A stretch of 64,000 bases of DNA from an uncultured Planctomycetaceae bacterium (GTDB lineage Bacteria; Planctomycetota; Planctomycetia; Planctomycetales; Planctomycetaceae), in the NCBI GenBank assembly GCA_963976765.1, contig CAXBME010000001.1:186001-250000 (forward strand). The letters are read 5' to 3'. The notes under the pieces were generated by a model. That model saw only the letters and a list, made by a program, of their open reading frames with translations, was not told the origin of the DNA and did not search any database. A program made the translations under genes and the position numbers. This document shows positions 30,301 to 36,856 of this stretch, in pieces (the first letter of the stretch is position 1; the number at the start of each line of letters is the position of its first letter).

Positions 30301-31696
30301 GCTCAACGGTGGTACCGGGCTGGACAGTATCGACGGGGGAGCCAACAACGACGTCATCGACGGTGGTGATGACAACGACACTGTGCTGGGGGGCTCCGGA
30401 TCAGATTCAATCAATGGAGGTCTGGGGAATGACCGTCTGCTGGGCGAGTCTCAGGACGACACGATTAACGGAGACGATGGCGACGACACTCTGATTGGTG
30501 GTACGGGTGGAGACGTGCTTCGTGGTGGAGCCGGCATCGACAATCTGAATGGCCAAAGTGGCCGCGACGATCTGGATGGCGGAGCAGACGACGATACTGT
30601 CTTCGGCGGTGCCGGTCAGGATACCTTGACTGGTGGTCAGGGGATCGACAACCTGGACGGTCAGGGGTCGTCGTTTGATACCATTCGTCTTGTCGGGACA
30701 ACAGCTGACGATGTCTTCACGCTGGATCGGTCCAACAATTTCAATCAGCTTCGTAAGACTTCAGGGACGACTTACGGAGTCAACTTCAAACGAACGGAAA
30801 CAATCGAGATCAACACTCTCGACGGTAACGACACGATTACTGTCATCGGCGACCTGCTTGGGTCAGATGGCGATGCGACGTTTGTGATTAACTTCGGCAA
30901 TGGTAACAACCTGCTGGACGCGTCGCTCAACACGGACCCCGGTAAGAAGTTTGTTGTTACGGCAGGAACAGGCAATGACACGTTGCGAGGCTCGGCCGGA
31001 GCTGACAATCTGAACGGTGGAGCGGGCGACGACTCGATCGATGGCGGAGCCGGAGAAGATACGCTGACCGGTGCTGCTGGTGCCGACATCCTCAACGGAG
31101 GTGCCGGAGCGGACCTGATCAGCGGCGGAACCGAGAACGATACGATTTCCGGCGGTTCGGAAGCTGATACGCTGAACGCGGGAACGGGAGACGATTCGGT
31201 TCGCGGCGGCGACGGCGATGACACGATTCTCGGTGAGGACGGCAACGATCTTCTTTACGGAGACGCCGGTAACGACAGCATTCTTGGTGGCCGCGATGAT
31301 GACTCAATCGACGGCGGCGACAACGACGACACGATCTTCGGTGAGCGTGGCTTCGACGTCATTAAAGGTGGCAACGGAAATGACTCGCTGGTCGGTGGCC
31401 AACACAATGACACAATCGACGGTGGCAACGGTAACGACCTGGTAAATGGCAATTCTGAGGATGATTATCTACTAGGTGGAGCCGATAACGATACGCTGCT
31501 TGGCGGTTCCGAGCGAGATACCCTTTTTGGCGGAACGGGAGCAGACGACATTCGAGGTCAGGGATCGTCTGATACACTGGTCGGTGAGACCGGCGACGGC
31601 ACCCAAGACCCGGGCGATACGTTTGACGAAGTAGCCGAAATTGACAACGCATTTGTTCTGGATACCGCGATTCTGGACAAGCTGAACTCGTTCTAA
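12350..31696 (+). CDS. Giant (6448 aa) extracellular adhesin-like protein: LExRxLL leader, beta-helix, about 13 Ig-like xPDPR repeats, 3 CSLREA-like caps, 3 choice-of-anchor-Q-like motifs, 3 Calx-beta domains, RTX Ca-binding repeats
   Basis: Uninterrupted 19.3-kb ORF with ggag RBS. EQLEDRMLL; LRAAIMEAN x3; (D/S)NGG.T.T...GSPA.D...DQRG...DIGA x3; many GGxGxD repeats at about 29250-31600. Confidence 0.93.
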   Translation: MLLTSWVRSFRQSLQNRRRGNRRGFDWQTQSLHGDAGRRSRNTEQLEDRMLLTAFVVDQQFVDANSGTINITNSTIDIDSDGTPEFDSIVFDDARISGVGGVGINVNLSDLVLNRIVFQGVQIGDQATGDNQTSGINITLNNIDLEAIAFDDTIVFSAFGGGLDIDLTDVRMEQLAIFNSTITGGLNAGVTIDVASVSRNAVIDELAISGSTIDGVALTAVGIQKSIIGASQANPVVITVPDHGLQTGAEVKITGVSGLTSANTRDTITVIDENTFELDNTDGSGDPPYGGGGTLTTTTDLNNIRIVRSNITGSSGLDGLAISLTDARAPGLTIQDNESIDSIDLSLTRTPMDGLQIRDNEAINANRPQVNAVNVDLEKSTLTNVIIDGNVIDRGASASGGEGVVFTAVDSNVYGSFSNNVVQNTLGAGLKFVGTASDEFQAENRGPLVFDFSSVFAETSLTAAISDSDTTILVVDGRAFQAQQVVIIENEQVFIESVSGNTLTVRRGERGTLALSHASGTRLRSVTSSASGVARTISGNTFSANAGAGISASLGEGAALNADITTNVFLNNLGGGIDVAANDTRAASTTIQRGGISRTATTLNVNDASPFSNFNVPFDVLVDGERMTVTAVDGNSLTVSRAVRGTVASFHATNATVTAATGDALDLNIGDTAASLGNLFDGNQGNAISLLLNDKAAGTFDVVGNTIINTGIGSGARATDEDGIQISLTGTQINDEATAVLRRSFISNNLIGVASVSTLPAALPIGTSVFQVVDGSGFSASNQILIDGETLTVQSVNGNIVTLTSPTTVGHLAGAAVLRTAGGNSGRAIDIFFDEQTAIEDLQISGNTIANNLDDGVRITREDDAVTRTVNPFGEQTRAITIAANTISNNAQNATTEQLQSGGSQQYGAGIEIVVRNGDLDQTDIEIRDNTISRNARTGGGADASATNGINLRAEADAQLLVDMTNNVVNFSEGDGVSLSTRENSSTDQRDIGGTWTKNDFSNNGQNGIDILGRFGIFNLLVVGIEGVDSVDGRSLGNSIRRNQYNGINIRRGGNASIVNNDFFMNGLSEPRAVNVGDTTPTVSFGFLTEESAINGSGIHVANGDNRGVGAQLSAFNRDVNLDIKANVFEANRGMGIDINSIASSGNTVSATIRDNLITENRNDGIEISGRVETTLLGNFIDRNEGRGVDLMSFGFGLEVLVQSNYKIGNGQIEGRNTIVGNRLEGIYYVNTANVQDQNLLSTDNGSRLNNGNVQSWPAAILQIDSNQVDANGIDSGASGTGIVLWIGTSGGESFTERAYNNATGTATGIGSVGGVADPINFDFITNSTSSLTTSDGRVNSRTNARIVNNTFDGNFGDDFTVDTFISTVNPGTSASLWDTTSVPQYRLNSYVSDPLSRLNLQFEGNQGDGLDVRNAAPVYTNDEPLFKRRISSSPPRSPSGPYPSGTSARDASRVPSRTRSGSILVPTQGAGPNGAPEAIYTISNVQPVDVGNGISSLQLTLTPTTAALSAYGATLPSIFNRATVEIYNVFSVDGSPHSANGVFRVQSFNAGSRTVILENTAGEDGPAYLSGGTLIINDEVTVGGFPPFQYPGEGPTTFRVAQGFDTSGSLAQNEFADGDNFFDGGSTGGSPNGLVDWGIWTPNAALNGVITNVTSVGNTVTITSPNHGLTNNRLIELSGVNGIPNINAVFLVTVTGRDTFTISRSLDGVYIDGGEWKTRDESFPDPKAPTFPISNIIDVTPDPRTSAAGVVTLNFSEPVTNLDVGDLFLTRDGVGVDISGILVQQVTQTQYTIDLSFVTTLEGQYELIIDNTFPEASFVPITPDPRTESAGVVTVNFTEDVTGVDIGDFVLSVDTGDSNGFQAIDLSERSGTGNNLAVTQVSSSQYTIDLSGVTDAVGTYRLTLLAPKSQAITAIGGQGGIGTPVVIESLQHGLATGQTVTISGATGPSNGLSTVVNGTYRIVVTDADSFMLFDETLTTAVVADESNYNTTSTGFGRWSFDPEIVDRVGKAYSVDKFNVTAEATEVWARSNTAPTADIIDVSPDPRNMSVPFVIIQFSERVNSAQFSHTDLRLSRNVGAGFVNVPLGVANNPVALDADANGFATRFQVPNLGAVTSTDGDYRLTLITTDTSRISDQQGSFLNFPASDEWTLVTTGPAPVLTTVFPDPRQNPASIIQISFNEAVAGVDTANAASHLTLTRDIGDGNGPQVVPLVDPSSNMPVPITVIDPLTYQVDLTPVTGLAGNSIDGTYRLTLNRGSGIVAVSDGEALAVDATDSWVQDSTVPTVDILDISPDPRVDDAGVVTVRFSEQVSGLNRNNAAADFTLTIDRRDGNGPQAISLTGIRVRPLNPVQADGTAIQDPFTASSDIFADTFVIDLSAVTDEAGDYVLSLIASGGVADRALNSLVITPDASDSWTRIANPTTDRVIDFNFPGIPVPPLLFQAETPNPVVNDAFDLFFVDATPPQVVPGSVNVTPDPRSTAVGILTIDFTEPVVGFNLTDLVLTRDSGSGPQSVSLNGLTLNQITQSRYTIDLNLKTGAPGDYVLGIQGAGSLIEDLAGNPIQASFITLDSWTVENIGPSATVSVTPDPRTTPANAVQISFTKEVAVAQVGVSDFKLERNTGSGFTEIILTGASISADSPSMGFDDSFTLDLSAAGLTDMEATYRVTLVAADSGIVDRAGIELSADAFDVWVLDNTSPTVDIIDIAPDPRQSEVGTVNIIFNEGVTGVDINDFVLLRDTGSGLMPVNISGLTVSRQTDLRYTIDLSAVTTVDEATYELRLITTDGVSPVTDLAGNPLLVDGGLGVADTAALDSWFRGVDVVDPTVSISAVTTPRANAAGVVTFTFSEDVSGVDIDDVELTLDTGSGPMPVDISGLTVTAAPGSATQYLLDLSSVTVTQGTYVLRVITTDGATPVIDAAGNLLDSTLGGGVADQISFVVQTIDPSAVITPVSPDPRLRDAGLVTVTFSQPVQGVDISDFSLTRDTGIGPQPVSLQNVTVIQDPSGPGADQYVIDLTSVTGSDGNYVLTLNAEGSGITAIATGDPMTSDAIESWSTITTITVNTTNDTVDVDPGDGIVADAGGNVSLRAAIMEANALVGNDRIVVPAGVYALTLPGAGGNVSSAGDLDITETTGSLTIVGAGAGLTIIDARSIERVFHILGGATLNLEGVTVTGGLVTGSEDGGGIRNDGGTVSIIDSVITGNVSQDDAGGINNTGNLTLTRVTVSNNSAARTGGGIRNSGNLTINASTIGGTSDPADPLASDLRNKSVLAGGGIVNLGTGVLTINNSTIAGNVATSSAAQGAGLYSIGTASLTNVTIAENEAGGQGGGLAVAGGTTSLLNTLIGDNNSVTTTANDVFESTNNAVLIVTLGNNLVENRTGATAAFPAPAVAGQPNANGDLVGVSPQLGRLADNGGPTETVAVMPGSPAIDAAADTVDTTDQRGITRGLDNFSVANAGQLGIDIGAYETGGFFVNSLADTIDVNPGDGIAADQFGNTTLRAAIMEANASPGDSTIILADGVHELSLVELDETAPTADIVDVSPDPLSAESTGLDPVDEITVNFSEPIQGLDLTNAATNFTLTLNNGTTTSVVPLTGITIRQDSDTQYVLEGLTALLAADGLYTLQLNTSPVTPNITDFALAPNGLAADPSDLTGMIAAVETFVRGADVFAPTAIISDVTTPRSTNPGLVTVTFDEPVFGVDLSSDPANFTLQFDDGILPPQTVSLASVSVQQVTSSVYTLDLSTVIAFNNLTDVGTYTLTFDGTATTIFDFSANAFAGAPLIEVWTVAVDTVAPSADIVNVSPNPRIGSVGVVTVNFTEDVTGVDLTDAETDFDLFFDVDGPGGIAPVQVSLVDAMNNALVVTQISDSEYTIDLTDVTTADGQYTLILTTDGMIVDGVDNPLAPTVRAGVTAEEIWLTGDSLETTARAGAFGDLDIRDASLGGKLTIIGSGAGTSIIDGNSIDRVFDVQAGSRLELQNLTVTGGQVVGDKDGAGVRSEGLVILSGTEITGNSAGGNGGAVYTASAASTTALSTNVSLTATTVSVANAAALGTTVPGFVILVGSEQMLVTNIAGNILTVVRGANSSAPIAHTANTPVSLLHLSISGSSLTNNSADFGAGVFVDDGTAAIVGSSLQSNTAAIDGGAVYVDQAASVDVAGSSVRNNSAGRDGGGFYNNATATIVITDATVTGNSAVRDGGGLFNEIVATATLSNARFSANSATNGGGIYNQDGVVTVNGGSLIANMATEDGGGVFTSSSATTTLTNTTLSGNTAVLDGGGVRNDGSMTVNSVNFAGNAAGRDGGAIHNDRTLTVTQSMFTGNTAVGSGGALDLNSIGVVSLTSSTLRGNTATVNGGAISNNGASRLTLSEMTVDGNQATGNGGGLFHSSSVVATVSMTTISNNSAANGGGVSSAGPINLTNATISSNVASADGGGLHNTSTATLLGVTIANNMATGSGGGISSNNAGGNASLKNTLVARNTASTNADVNGTAFLNQGNNLIGDAGSVTTFVNGVSGNLVGATGTEIDPLLSSLKDNGGATLTHALLFGSPARDNGNNVGVPAFDQRGFDRRFDGDGDGNVTVDIGAFESGLTVNSFLDTVDVNPGERSSADDAGNSTLRAAIMEANALPGADTIVLLPGTYRLTIAGQDENDARSGDLDITESLTIIGAGDGSTIIDAAGLDRAFHIIAGASLDLKGVTIINGNATLGGAVLNQGTFSTENVTISGSSAVLGGAIYNDIVEDELVANITAGAGTLRVEDVSVFPRQAGFVIQIGTEQLRVDSISGNTFTVTRGVNSTTATAHTAGDVVTVVATSVVSLVNTRVTGNSALLNGGGIFNNDTVNITLSSVNGNTAGVRGGGLYNTQTATLDRATFDGNRAEVRGGAIFNEGTTLSSPSTVSVNASTLSNNVSGARGGAIFNSQTLTLLNSTISSNVAGGEGGGIFNTGPDGASSGTTTIVNSTIAENSSDISAGGIFNNTGSVVLLTNSIVAGNEAQASNNDVQGAFSSVRTNFIGDAGTSTGLVNGQNGNLVGTTLSPIDPVLGVLASNGGPTQTHELLIGSPAIDVGDNSGGETVDQRGGRRPTDQSADIGAFEVQANNLSIDNVSMNEGSSGSTLFVFTVLLESVAADPVTVSYGTVQNTAQQGSDFIGTAGTLVFAPGELSKTITVEVNGDTTTESTEQFFVQLFNPVNALLSNDRGTGTILNDDAVVTFADVNIVEGDSGTSTATFNVVLSNPTSADITLGYQTSAGTATEGSAALGGDYVEASGTLTFLAGETSKSFTVTINGDTDVEAFETIFADLTLVSGSVQLPDSQAIGTIQNDDIEFADISSPSVTELTGSNNTVSFTIAMTQVNAFDVTVQVQTVDGTATAGNDYIALPPTTVTIPAGMLSVTQDVTIIGDTDFEGGATGTPETFNLEYVASTITRDGVTSSGTLGNAGTASITDDELPPTVWVIRVTGAGTQGELLRDGTDDGVFNPLFVRNFALTANAETVNGDPGTQNDRFIVDFVNGNPIPDGGLLIDGGDETSGDSLEIVDSDLVTPFVFDSVVYTSTGVDSGTVLIMDGAITPLTRTITYAELEPVLDTVAAANRTFTINSVANPGDHVIDVANAGGRTIISDNGTSAFESVEFANPTTSLTLNAGDGNNTITVGALDAGFAASFTINAEDGDDDLDATATSIALSIVGGGGGDTLLGGTLDDTIDGGLGNDNIDGGAGNDSLAGGADDDTVSGGAGTDSIDGGAGNDSVLGGADNDTLIGGDDDDTILGEDGNDSIFGGNGSDNLDGGAGNDTIVGEDGGDSIVGGSGQDSLDGGGDADTVDGGADNDTVLGGSGTDIVAGGDGDDSVDGGADNDTLSGGGGTDTLVGGSGDDQVAEVAVDAESIILTDTTLTVGGLADSISGVEEFILTGGDLSSLIDASAYTLGNVTLNGAGGDDTLIGSNGDDFINGGGGNDTLSGGLGNDSMLGGAGNDVIDGGSANDTLAGNSGNDTLNGGTGLDSIDGGANNDVIDGGDDNDTVLGGSGSDSINGGLGNDRLLGESQDDTINGDDGDDTLIGGTGGDVLRGGAGIDNLNGQSGRDDLDGGADDDTVFGGAGQDTLTGGQGIDNLDGQGSSFDTIRLVGTTADDVFTLDRSNNFNQLRKTSGTTYGVNFKRTETIEINTLDGNDTITVIGDLLGSDGDATFVINFGNGNNLLDASLNTDPGKKFVVTAGTGNDTLRGSAGADNLNGGAGDDSIDGGAGEDTLTGAAGADILNGGAGADLISGGTENDTISGGSEADTLNAGTGDDSVRGGDGDDTILGEDGNDLLYGDAGNDSILGGRDDDSIDGGDNDDTIFGERGFDVIKGGNGNDSLVGGQHNDTIDGGNGNDLVNGNSEDDYLLGGADNDTLLGGSERDTLFGGTGADDIRGQGSSDTLVGETGDGTQDPGDTFDEVAEIDNAFVLDTAILDKLNSF

Positions 31697-31735
31697 GGCG
31701 ACTTAAGTCGACTGACGAATCAGAGACCTTCACAG

Positions 31736-31779
31736 AACCCCGATGCTGCCCCCTCATGGTGAGTATCGGGGTTTTGTTT
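31736..31779 (+). terminator. Intrinsic terminator after the giant gene
   Basis: aaccccgatgct / agtatcggggtt stem followed by ttgttt. Confidence 0.7.
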
Positions 31780-31996
31780 GCGCGGTTGGTTTGATGATGT
31801 GAATCTGGCGTCTGTGTTGAACAATGCGACGGTCGCCGCAACATTGTCTCGCAGGCTGGTCGTCTTCATCCGTTCTCGTTTTAACTCGCATCAGTCTGAG
31901 GCAGCGTCTGCCGGCAGGGGCGCGTCGCGTGACATTCGTGCGGGCTTCGAACACGATGCCCCGTTCAACGTCACCTTTGCTGAAAGAGGTTTCGCG

Positions 31997-33337
31997 ATGA
32001 CGGAACGTCCGCTGAGCCACAATGTCGAACGTCAGATGCGTCTTTTCAAACGAGCGTGCGAGCTCATCCCCGGCGGAACGCATCTGATCAGTCGTCGACC
32101 GTCGCAGTTCGCGGCTGGCGTCTCGCCGGTTTACGCCGCATCGGCACGGGGAGCCCGCTTCACGGACATCGACGGTCACGAGTACATCGACTGGGTGAGC
32201 GGCATCGGTGCGATCATTCTTGGTTATGCCGATCCCGTTGTGGACGAGGCGGTCAAAGAACAGATCAGCGGCGGGACTATCTACTCGGTCAGCCACGAAC
32301 TGGAAATTGAGCTTGCCGAGGAACTCGTTGCGGCAATTCCTTGCGCAGAAATGGTTCGCTACGCGAAAGGAGGCGGCGATTCCTGCGCGGTGGCGGTCAG
32401 GATTGCTCGAGGTACGACCGGTCGAGACAGGATTCTCTTCAGTGGCTACCACGGGTGGCACGACTGGTACATCGCCGCCAACCTGACGCCTGGTTCGCTG
32501 GATTCGCATCTGCTGCCGAACATCGACCCGACGGGAGTGCCGCGTTGTCTGGAAGGAACAGCGATCCCGTTTCCCTATGGTGACACGACGGCTCTGGGCG
32601 AGTTGCTGGATCAGCATCGTGGAGAAATCGCAGCCATTATGATGGAACCGCTGCGGTCGGACATGCCGCCGGAAGGTTACCTTGCCGACGTTCGCAGACT
32701 CGCCGACGAGCACAACGTGGTTCTGATCTTTGACGAGGTTTCCACCGGCTTTCGCATGTCGCCCGGAGGTGTTCAGTCGGTGCTTGGTGTCGAGCCCGAC
32801 ATGGCAGTCTTCGCCAAGTCCATTTCGAACGGTTACGCGATGGGAGCGGTCGTTGGGCGGCGTGACGTCATGGAGCCAGCCTCGCGCATGTTCGTTTCCA
32901 GCACCTACTGGAGCGACATGATTGGTCTTCGAGCCGCGCTGACGACTCTGCAGGAAATCCGTCGTCGCGATGTTCCGTCGTACCTCACGCAGCTCGGTCA
33001 GAAGATCAAGGTACGTCTTAACACCGTCGCCGATGAAACCGGATGCCCGGTCGTCGCGACAGGCATCGACGTTCACCCGCGACTCGACTTCGACGTTGAG
33101 GATTCGATCAGAAACAAAGTCGGCACGCTCTACACTCAGGAGATGGCCAAACGGGGCTGCCACGGTTACACCTCGTTCTATCTCAACTCGGCTCAGGGTG
33201 AGGCTGAAGTCGATCAGACGGTCGACGCCGCGCGGGCCGTCTTTGCATTCATCAAGGACGCCCTGGACACAAACACGGTCGACGGGAAACTGGAATGCCC
33301 GCCACGAGGCGACGCGTTCCGAAGGCTCGTCAGGTAG
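31997..33337 (+). CDS. Class III PLP aminotransferase (glutamate-1-semialdehyde aminomutase-like)
   Basis: DIDGHEYIDW, GYHGWHDW, LIFDEVSTGFR, FAKSISNG; ATG after gaggt RBS. Confidence 0.88.
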   Translation: MTERPLSHNVERQMRLFKRACELIPGGTHLISRRPSQFAAGVSPVYAASARGARFTDIDGHEYIDWVSGIGAIILGYADPVVDEAVKEQISGGTIYSVSHELEIELAEELVAAIPCAEMVRYAKGGGDSCAVAVRIARGTTGRDRILFSGYHGWHDWYIAANLTPGSLDSHLLPNIDPTGVPRCLEGTAIPFPYGDTTALGELLDQHRGEIAAIMMEPLRSDMPPEGYLADVRRLADEHNVVLIFDEVSTGFRMSPGGVQSVLGVEPDMAVFAKSISNGYAMGAVVGRRDVMEPASRMFVSSTYWSDMIGLRAALTTLQEIRRRDVPSYLTQLGQKIKVRLNTVADETGCPVVATGIDVHPRLDFDVEDSIRNKVGTLYTQEMAKRGCHGYTSFYLNSAQGEAEVDQTVDAARAVFAFIKDALDTNTVDGKLECPPRGDAFRRLVR

Positions 33338-33389
33338 AGCCACGCTGATCCGACTTTTGAATCCAGAAGCAGTTCAGAAGAAACTCGAT

Positions 33390-34157
33390 ATGTCAGACCC
33401 TGGCCAGCTCGACACCACTCGCAAACTCAGTTACGACCGTGATGGGTTTCTCGTCGTGCGGAAATTTCTCTCGCCAGACGAGCTATCCGAACTTTCGGCA
33501 GAGCTGGCTCGTTATATCCGCGACGTTGTGCCTGCGCTGCCAGCCAGTGCTGCTTTCTTTGACGACCCGGCTCGGCCTGAGACGCTCAAGCAACTTCAGC
33601 ACATGGGGGCTGATTCGTTTTTTGATGCTTACCGGTCGAATGCAAAGTGGGCAGGGCTGGCCGCTGAACTGATCGGTGAACCGAGCACAGCGCAGCAGCC
33701 GGAGTGGTTCAACAAGCCGCCGGGAACGAATCACCCGACGCCGCCTCATCAGGACAATTTTTACTTTTGCCTGAAGCCACCGAATGTCGCGACGCTATGG
33801 CTGGCTCTCGACCCGGTGGATGAAGAGAACGGTTGTCTGAGATACGTTCCGGGTTCTCATCAAAAGGGGATCCGGGATCACAATTCGACCAGGGTGCTCG
33901 GCTTCTCGCAGGGGATTTGTGACTACGGAGTGGAGGATGTGTCTCGCGAAATCCCGATCTGCCTCGCGCCAGGAGATCTTGTCGTGCATCATGGGGAGAC
34001 GATTCATCGAGCGGATCCGAATCGTTCGGCGGATCGTCATCGCCGTTCGTTCGCGATGGTGTTTCGCGGTGAAAGCGTCGCGCGCGACGACGACGCGTAT
34101 GCCCGTTACGAATCTTCATTGAAAACGCAGCACAGCCAGCTGGGGCTGGAGACCTGA
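33390..34157 (+). CDS. Phytanoyl-CoA dioxygenase (PhyH) family Fe/2OG oxygenase
   Basis: KPP...TPPHQD, WLALD...NGCL.YVPGSH, PGDLVVHH...H...NRS..RR. Confidence 0.92.
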   Translation: MSDPGQLDTTRKLSYDRDGFLVVRKFLSPDELSELSAELARYIRDVVPALPASAAFFDDPARPETLKQLQHMGADSFFDAYRSNAKWAGLAAELIGEPSTAQQPEWFNKPPGTNHPTPPHQDNFYFCLKPPNVATLWLALDPVDEENGCLRYVPGSHQKGIRDHNSTRVLGFSQGICDYGVEDVSREIPICLAPGDLVVHHGETIHRADPNRSADRHRRSFAMVFRGESVARDDDAYARYESSLKTQHSQLGLET

Positions 34158-34158
34158 C

Positions 34159-35202
34159 ATGCCGGTTCTTGAACTCACCGATCTCGACCGCAGAATCTGG
34201 GAAGACGAACTTGACGAGTTTGTCCCGCAGCGAATTTTTGACGCGCACACTCACGTCTGGCGTTGGGCTTTCAATACCGACCCGGAGAAAAATTCGAGCC
34301 CGTACCGAAACTTCGTCCGTCCCGAATTTGAAAACGCCAGCTATGCATTGCTCGACGAATGTGACGAACTGCTCATGCCGGGCCGTTCGGTCGAGCGACT
34401 TTCGTTTCCGTTTCCGTTCAACACGGGGACTGACTTCGAAGCATCGAACGAGTACATCGTGAATGAATTTCGGGACCACCCGAACTCCGGCACGCTGATG
34501 CTTGTGCATCCAGAGATGACGGCGGACTTTATCGAGGACACCGTGAGGAGCGGCGGGTTTCTCGGCCTGAAGCCTTACCGGTTTTATTCGGCGACGGGCG
34601 ACGCGGTGAATTGCCGCATCACCGACTTTCTGCCCGAGCATCAGATCGCCGTCGCCGACCGGCTGGGATTGCTGATCATGATGCACCTTTCGAAGCCGGA
34701 CGGAATCGCAGACCTTCAGAACCTTGACGACCTTGAGCGACTGACCGGTGAGTATCCGAATGCGAAGTGGATCCTGGCTCATTGCGCGAGGGCGTATTCC
34801 AACTGGCCGATCGAGCAGGCCGGCAAACGGCTTCGCGACATGCCGAACACCTGGTTCGATACGTCGTCTGTTTGTGAGTCGGATGCGATTGCCGCGTTGA
34901 TTCGCTGCGTCGGCATTGGTCGAGTCATGTACGGCAGCGACGACGTGCCGGTCGGAATTCTGCGAGGCAAGTACATCTCGTTCGGCTACGGCTGGGCGTA
35001 CCTCTCCGAGACGAATCACAGCGTGAACCTTTCTCATTGCGATGGGCGAATGACGTTCACTCGGTACGAGCAGTTGCGGGCAATGAAACGCGCTTCGGCT
35101 GCCGTTGGGCTTTCCAGAGCCGATATCGAAGCGATGTTCAGCCGCAATGCGGAGAAGCTGATTGCGACCGCGGCAACAGCTTGCTCGCCACGCATCCAAT
35201 GA
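34159..35202 (+). CDS. Amidohydrolase_2 family metallohydrolase
   Basis: IFDAHTH, GLKPY, ILAHC, FDTS, MYGSD. Confidence 0.88.
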   Translation: MPVLELTDLDRRIWEDELDEFVPQRIFDAHTHVWRWAFNTDPEKNSSPYRNFVRPEFENASYALLDECDELLMPGRSVERLSFPFPFNTGTDFEASNEYIVNEFRDHPNSGTLMLVHPEMTADFIEDTVRSGGFLGLKPYRFYSATGDAVNCRITDFLPEHQIAVADRLGLLIMMHLSKPDGIADLQNLDDLERLTGEYPNAKWILAHCARAYSNWPIEQAGKRLRDMPNTWFDTSSVCESDAIAALIRCVGIGRVMYGSDDVPVGILRGKYISFGYGWAYLSETNHSVNLSHCDGRMTFTRYEQLRAMKRASAAVGLSRADIEAMFSRNAEKLIATAATACSPRIQ

Positions 35203-36856
35203 TGATGTTGGCCAGAACGGACAGCGGGGCGATCCACTGAAAACTGATCGGGTCCGGACAACTGAGGGTCGTGATTCCTGTCGTTTCGTTGAGCGTCTTT
35301 TTCAGAACTGTGCCGAAAGTTTGTGGATCAATGTCAAACGAAAGGTGCAGGCCCAGGACGATGGGGCCGCTGAACGCGACGATCGCTGCGGTCAACGTGC
35401 CGAAGATCGCGCCGATCCACACTCCACGCGGGCTGGCGTACGGGACGAACAACGCAAAGAAAAACAAACAGAAGATCGGAGTCGTCAGTAGATTAGACGT
35501 CTTTCCCGTCACCGCGGTGATGTTGCCCGGGACGAGCCCCATGAACGAACTGATGCCAACGACGAAAGCTCCAATCCCGAATGCCAGCCAGCGAGCCAGG
35601 CGAACGTGGTCGGCTTCTGACTTTGGAGCGTGGCCGTGACGGTCCAGCACGTCGGACATCACCACAGCCGTGATCGAATTCACGCCCGAGTCGATACTCG
35701 ACATGGCGGCCGCAAACATCGCAGCCACAACCATTCCGGTCACGCCTGGCGGCAGGTGGAAGGCGATAAAGTGAGGGAAGACTTTATCGGCGTTGCTTTT
35801 CAGGTGAATCGTTCCGGGAAGCTGCTCCGGATGAGCTGTGAAGTAACCGAGCAAAGCAAATCCGACACAGCTCAGAGTGATCGAGACAACGACAGAAACA
35901 CACATTTGCGTGCCTAAAGCTCGTCGCGCCGCGCCGGCATCTTTCGTCGCCATGAACCGCTGAATCGATGTTTGATCGCCCGCCGACGTGCTGACATACC
36001 AGATCAGCACGCTGACGAATGTGCCGACGACGGTGACTCGTGTCGAAGGGTCTGTGCTGAAGAACGGCTGCGTATCCCACGTTGGATTCCATGTTGTGGG
36101 AAACCAGCCGAAGCCTCCCAGGTCGTGCGAAATCACGCCGACACACAACACCGCGCCGCCAAACAGCAGGACAGTCTGAATGAAGTCAGTGATGACGACG
36201 GCTTTCAGCCCGCCGAGCGACGTGTAGATGACCGCAACAAACCCGGTGACAATGGCGATCACGGGAATCTTATCCTCGCCCACGTCCAGCATGATCGTCA
36301 GTGCTTTGGCTGTCAGATAAATCAGCAGGGCCATCCAGACCAGACGCAGCACAATGAACATTCCAGCGCCCAGCATGCGGACGCTCAGACCAAGCTTTTC
36401 TTCCAGCAACTCATAGGCACTCGTCACTTTCTGCTTCATGAAGAGTGGCACGATGAAGTAGCCGACAATCGCAAAAACGAACGGCAACGTCAGCAGGCTC
36501 ATCATAAAGACGGGCCCCTTGCCGAGAGCTTCGCCCGGCATTGACAGATACGAAATCGTGCTGAGCAGCGTCGCGAACAGCGAGACGCCCACAAGGATCG
36601 GGTTCATGCTGCCTGATCCGACGAAGTATTCCTGCGTCGATTTCTGGTTCCGGCTGCAGTACCAGCCCAGCCCGATCGTGCCTGATCCATAAATGGCAAT
36701 GATGAGCCAGTCGATGACTTTAAGGCCGGCGCCTTGTTCGACGTTGGCTGCCGTTTCTGCCAGAGCAGCCATGTTTGACGCCGGCTTGTCATCGGCCAGA
36801 CCGGTTGCGGCGGGAATCACGAAGAGCAGGAACGCAGTGGGATAAAGAAATCTCAT
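35138..36856 (-). CDS. Sodium:solute symporter family transporter
   Basis: EYFVG, SAYELLE, YTSLGGLKAVVITDFIQ, DQTSIQRF, AAAMSSIDSGVNS. Confidence 0.95.
   Translation of the reverse strand: MRFLYPTAFLLFVIPAATGLADDKPASNMAALAETAANVEQGAGLKVIDWLIIAIYGSGTIGLGWYCSRNQKSTQEYFVGSGSMNPILVGVSLFATLLSTISYLSMPGEALGKGPVFMMSLLTLPFVFAIVGYFIVPLFMKQKVTSAYELLEEKLGLSVRMLGAGMFIVLRLVWMALLIYLTAKALTIMLDVGEDKIPVIAIVTGFVAVIYTSLGGLKAVVITDFIQTVLLFGGAVLCVGVISHDLGGFGWFPTTWNPTWDTQPFFSTDPSTRVTVVGTFVSVLIWYVSTSAGDQTSIQRFMATKDAGAARRALGTQMCVSVVVSITLSCVGFALLGYFTAHPEQLPGTIHLKSNADKVFPHFIAFHLPPGVTGMVVAAMFAAAMSSIDSGVNSITAVVMSDVLDRHGHAPKSEADHVRLARWLAFGIGAFVVGISSFMGLVPGNITAVTGKTSNLLTTPIFCLFFFALFVPYASPRGVWIGAIFGTLTAAIVAFSGPIVLGLHLSFDIDPQTFGTVLKKTLNETTGITTLSCPDPISFQWIAPLSVLANIIIGCVASKLLPRSQSASPHCG

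Noticed and set aside
29250..31600. Periodic DNA resembling a repeat array or CRISPR
   Set aside because: These are protein-coding RTX nonapeptide repeats with variable codons, not repeat-spacer units.
31997..33337. Calling the aminotransferase hemL
   Set aside because: Only family-level similarity; the operon context points to another pathway.
31754..35199. Long minus-strand ORFs (529 aa and 496 aa)
   Set aside because: Antisense shadows of the aminotransferase, PhyH and amidohydrolase genes.
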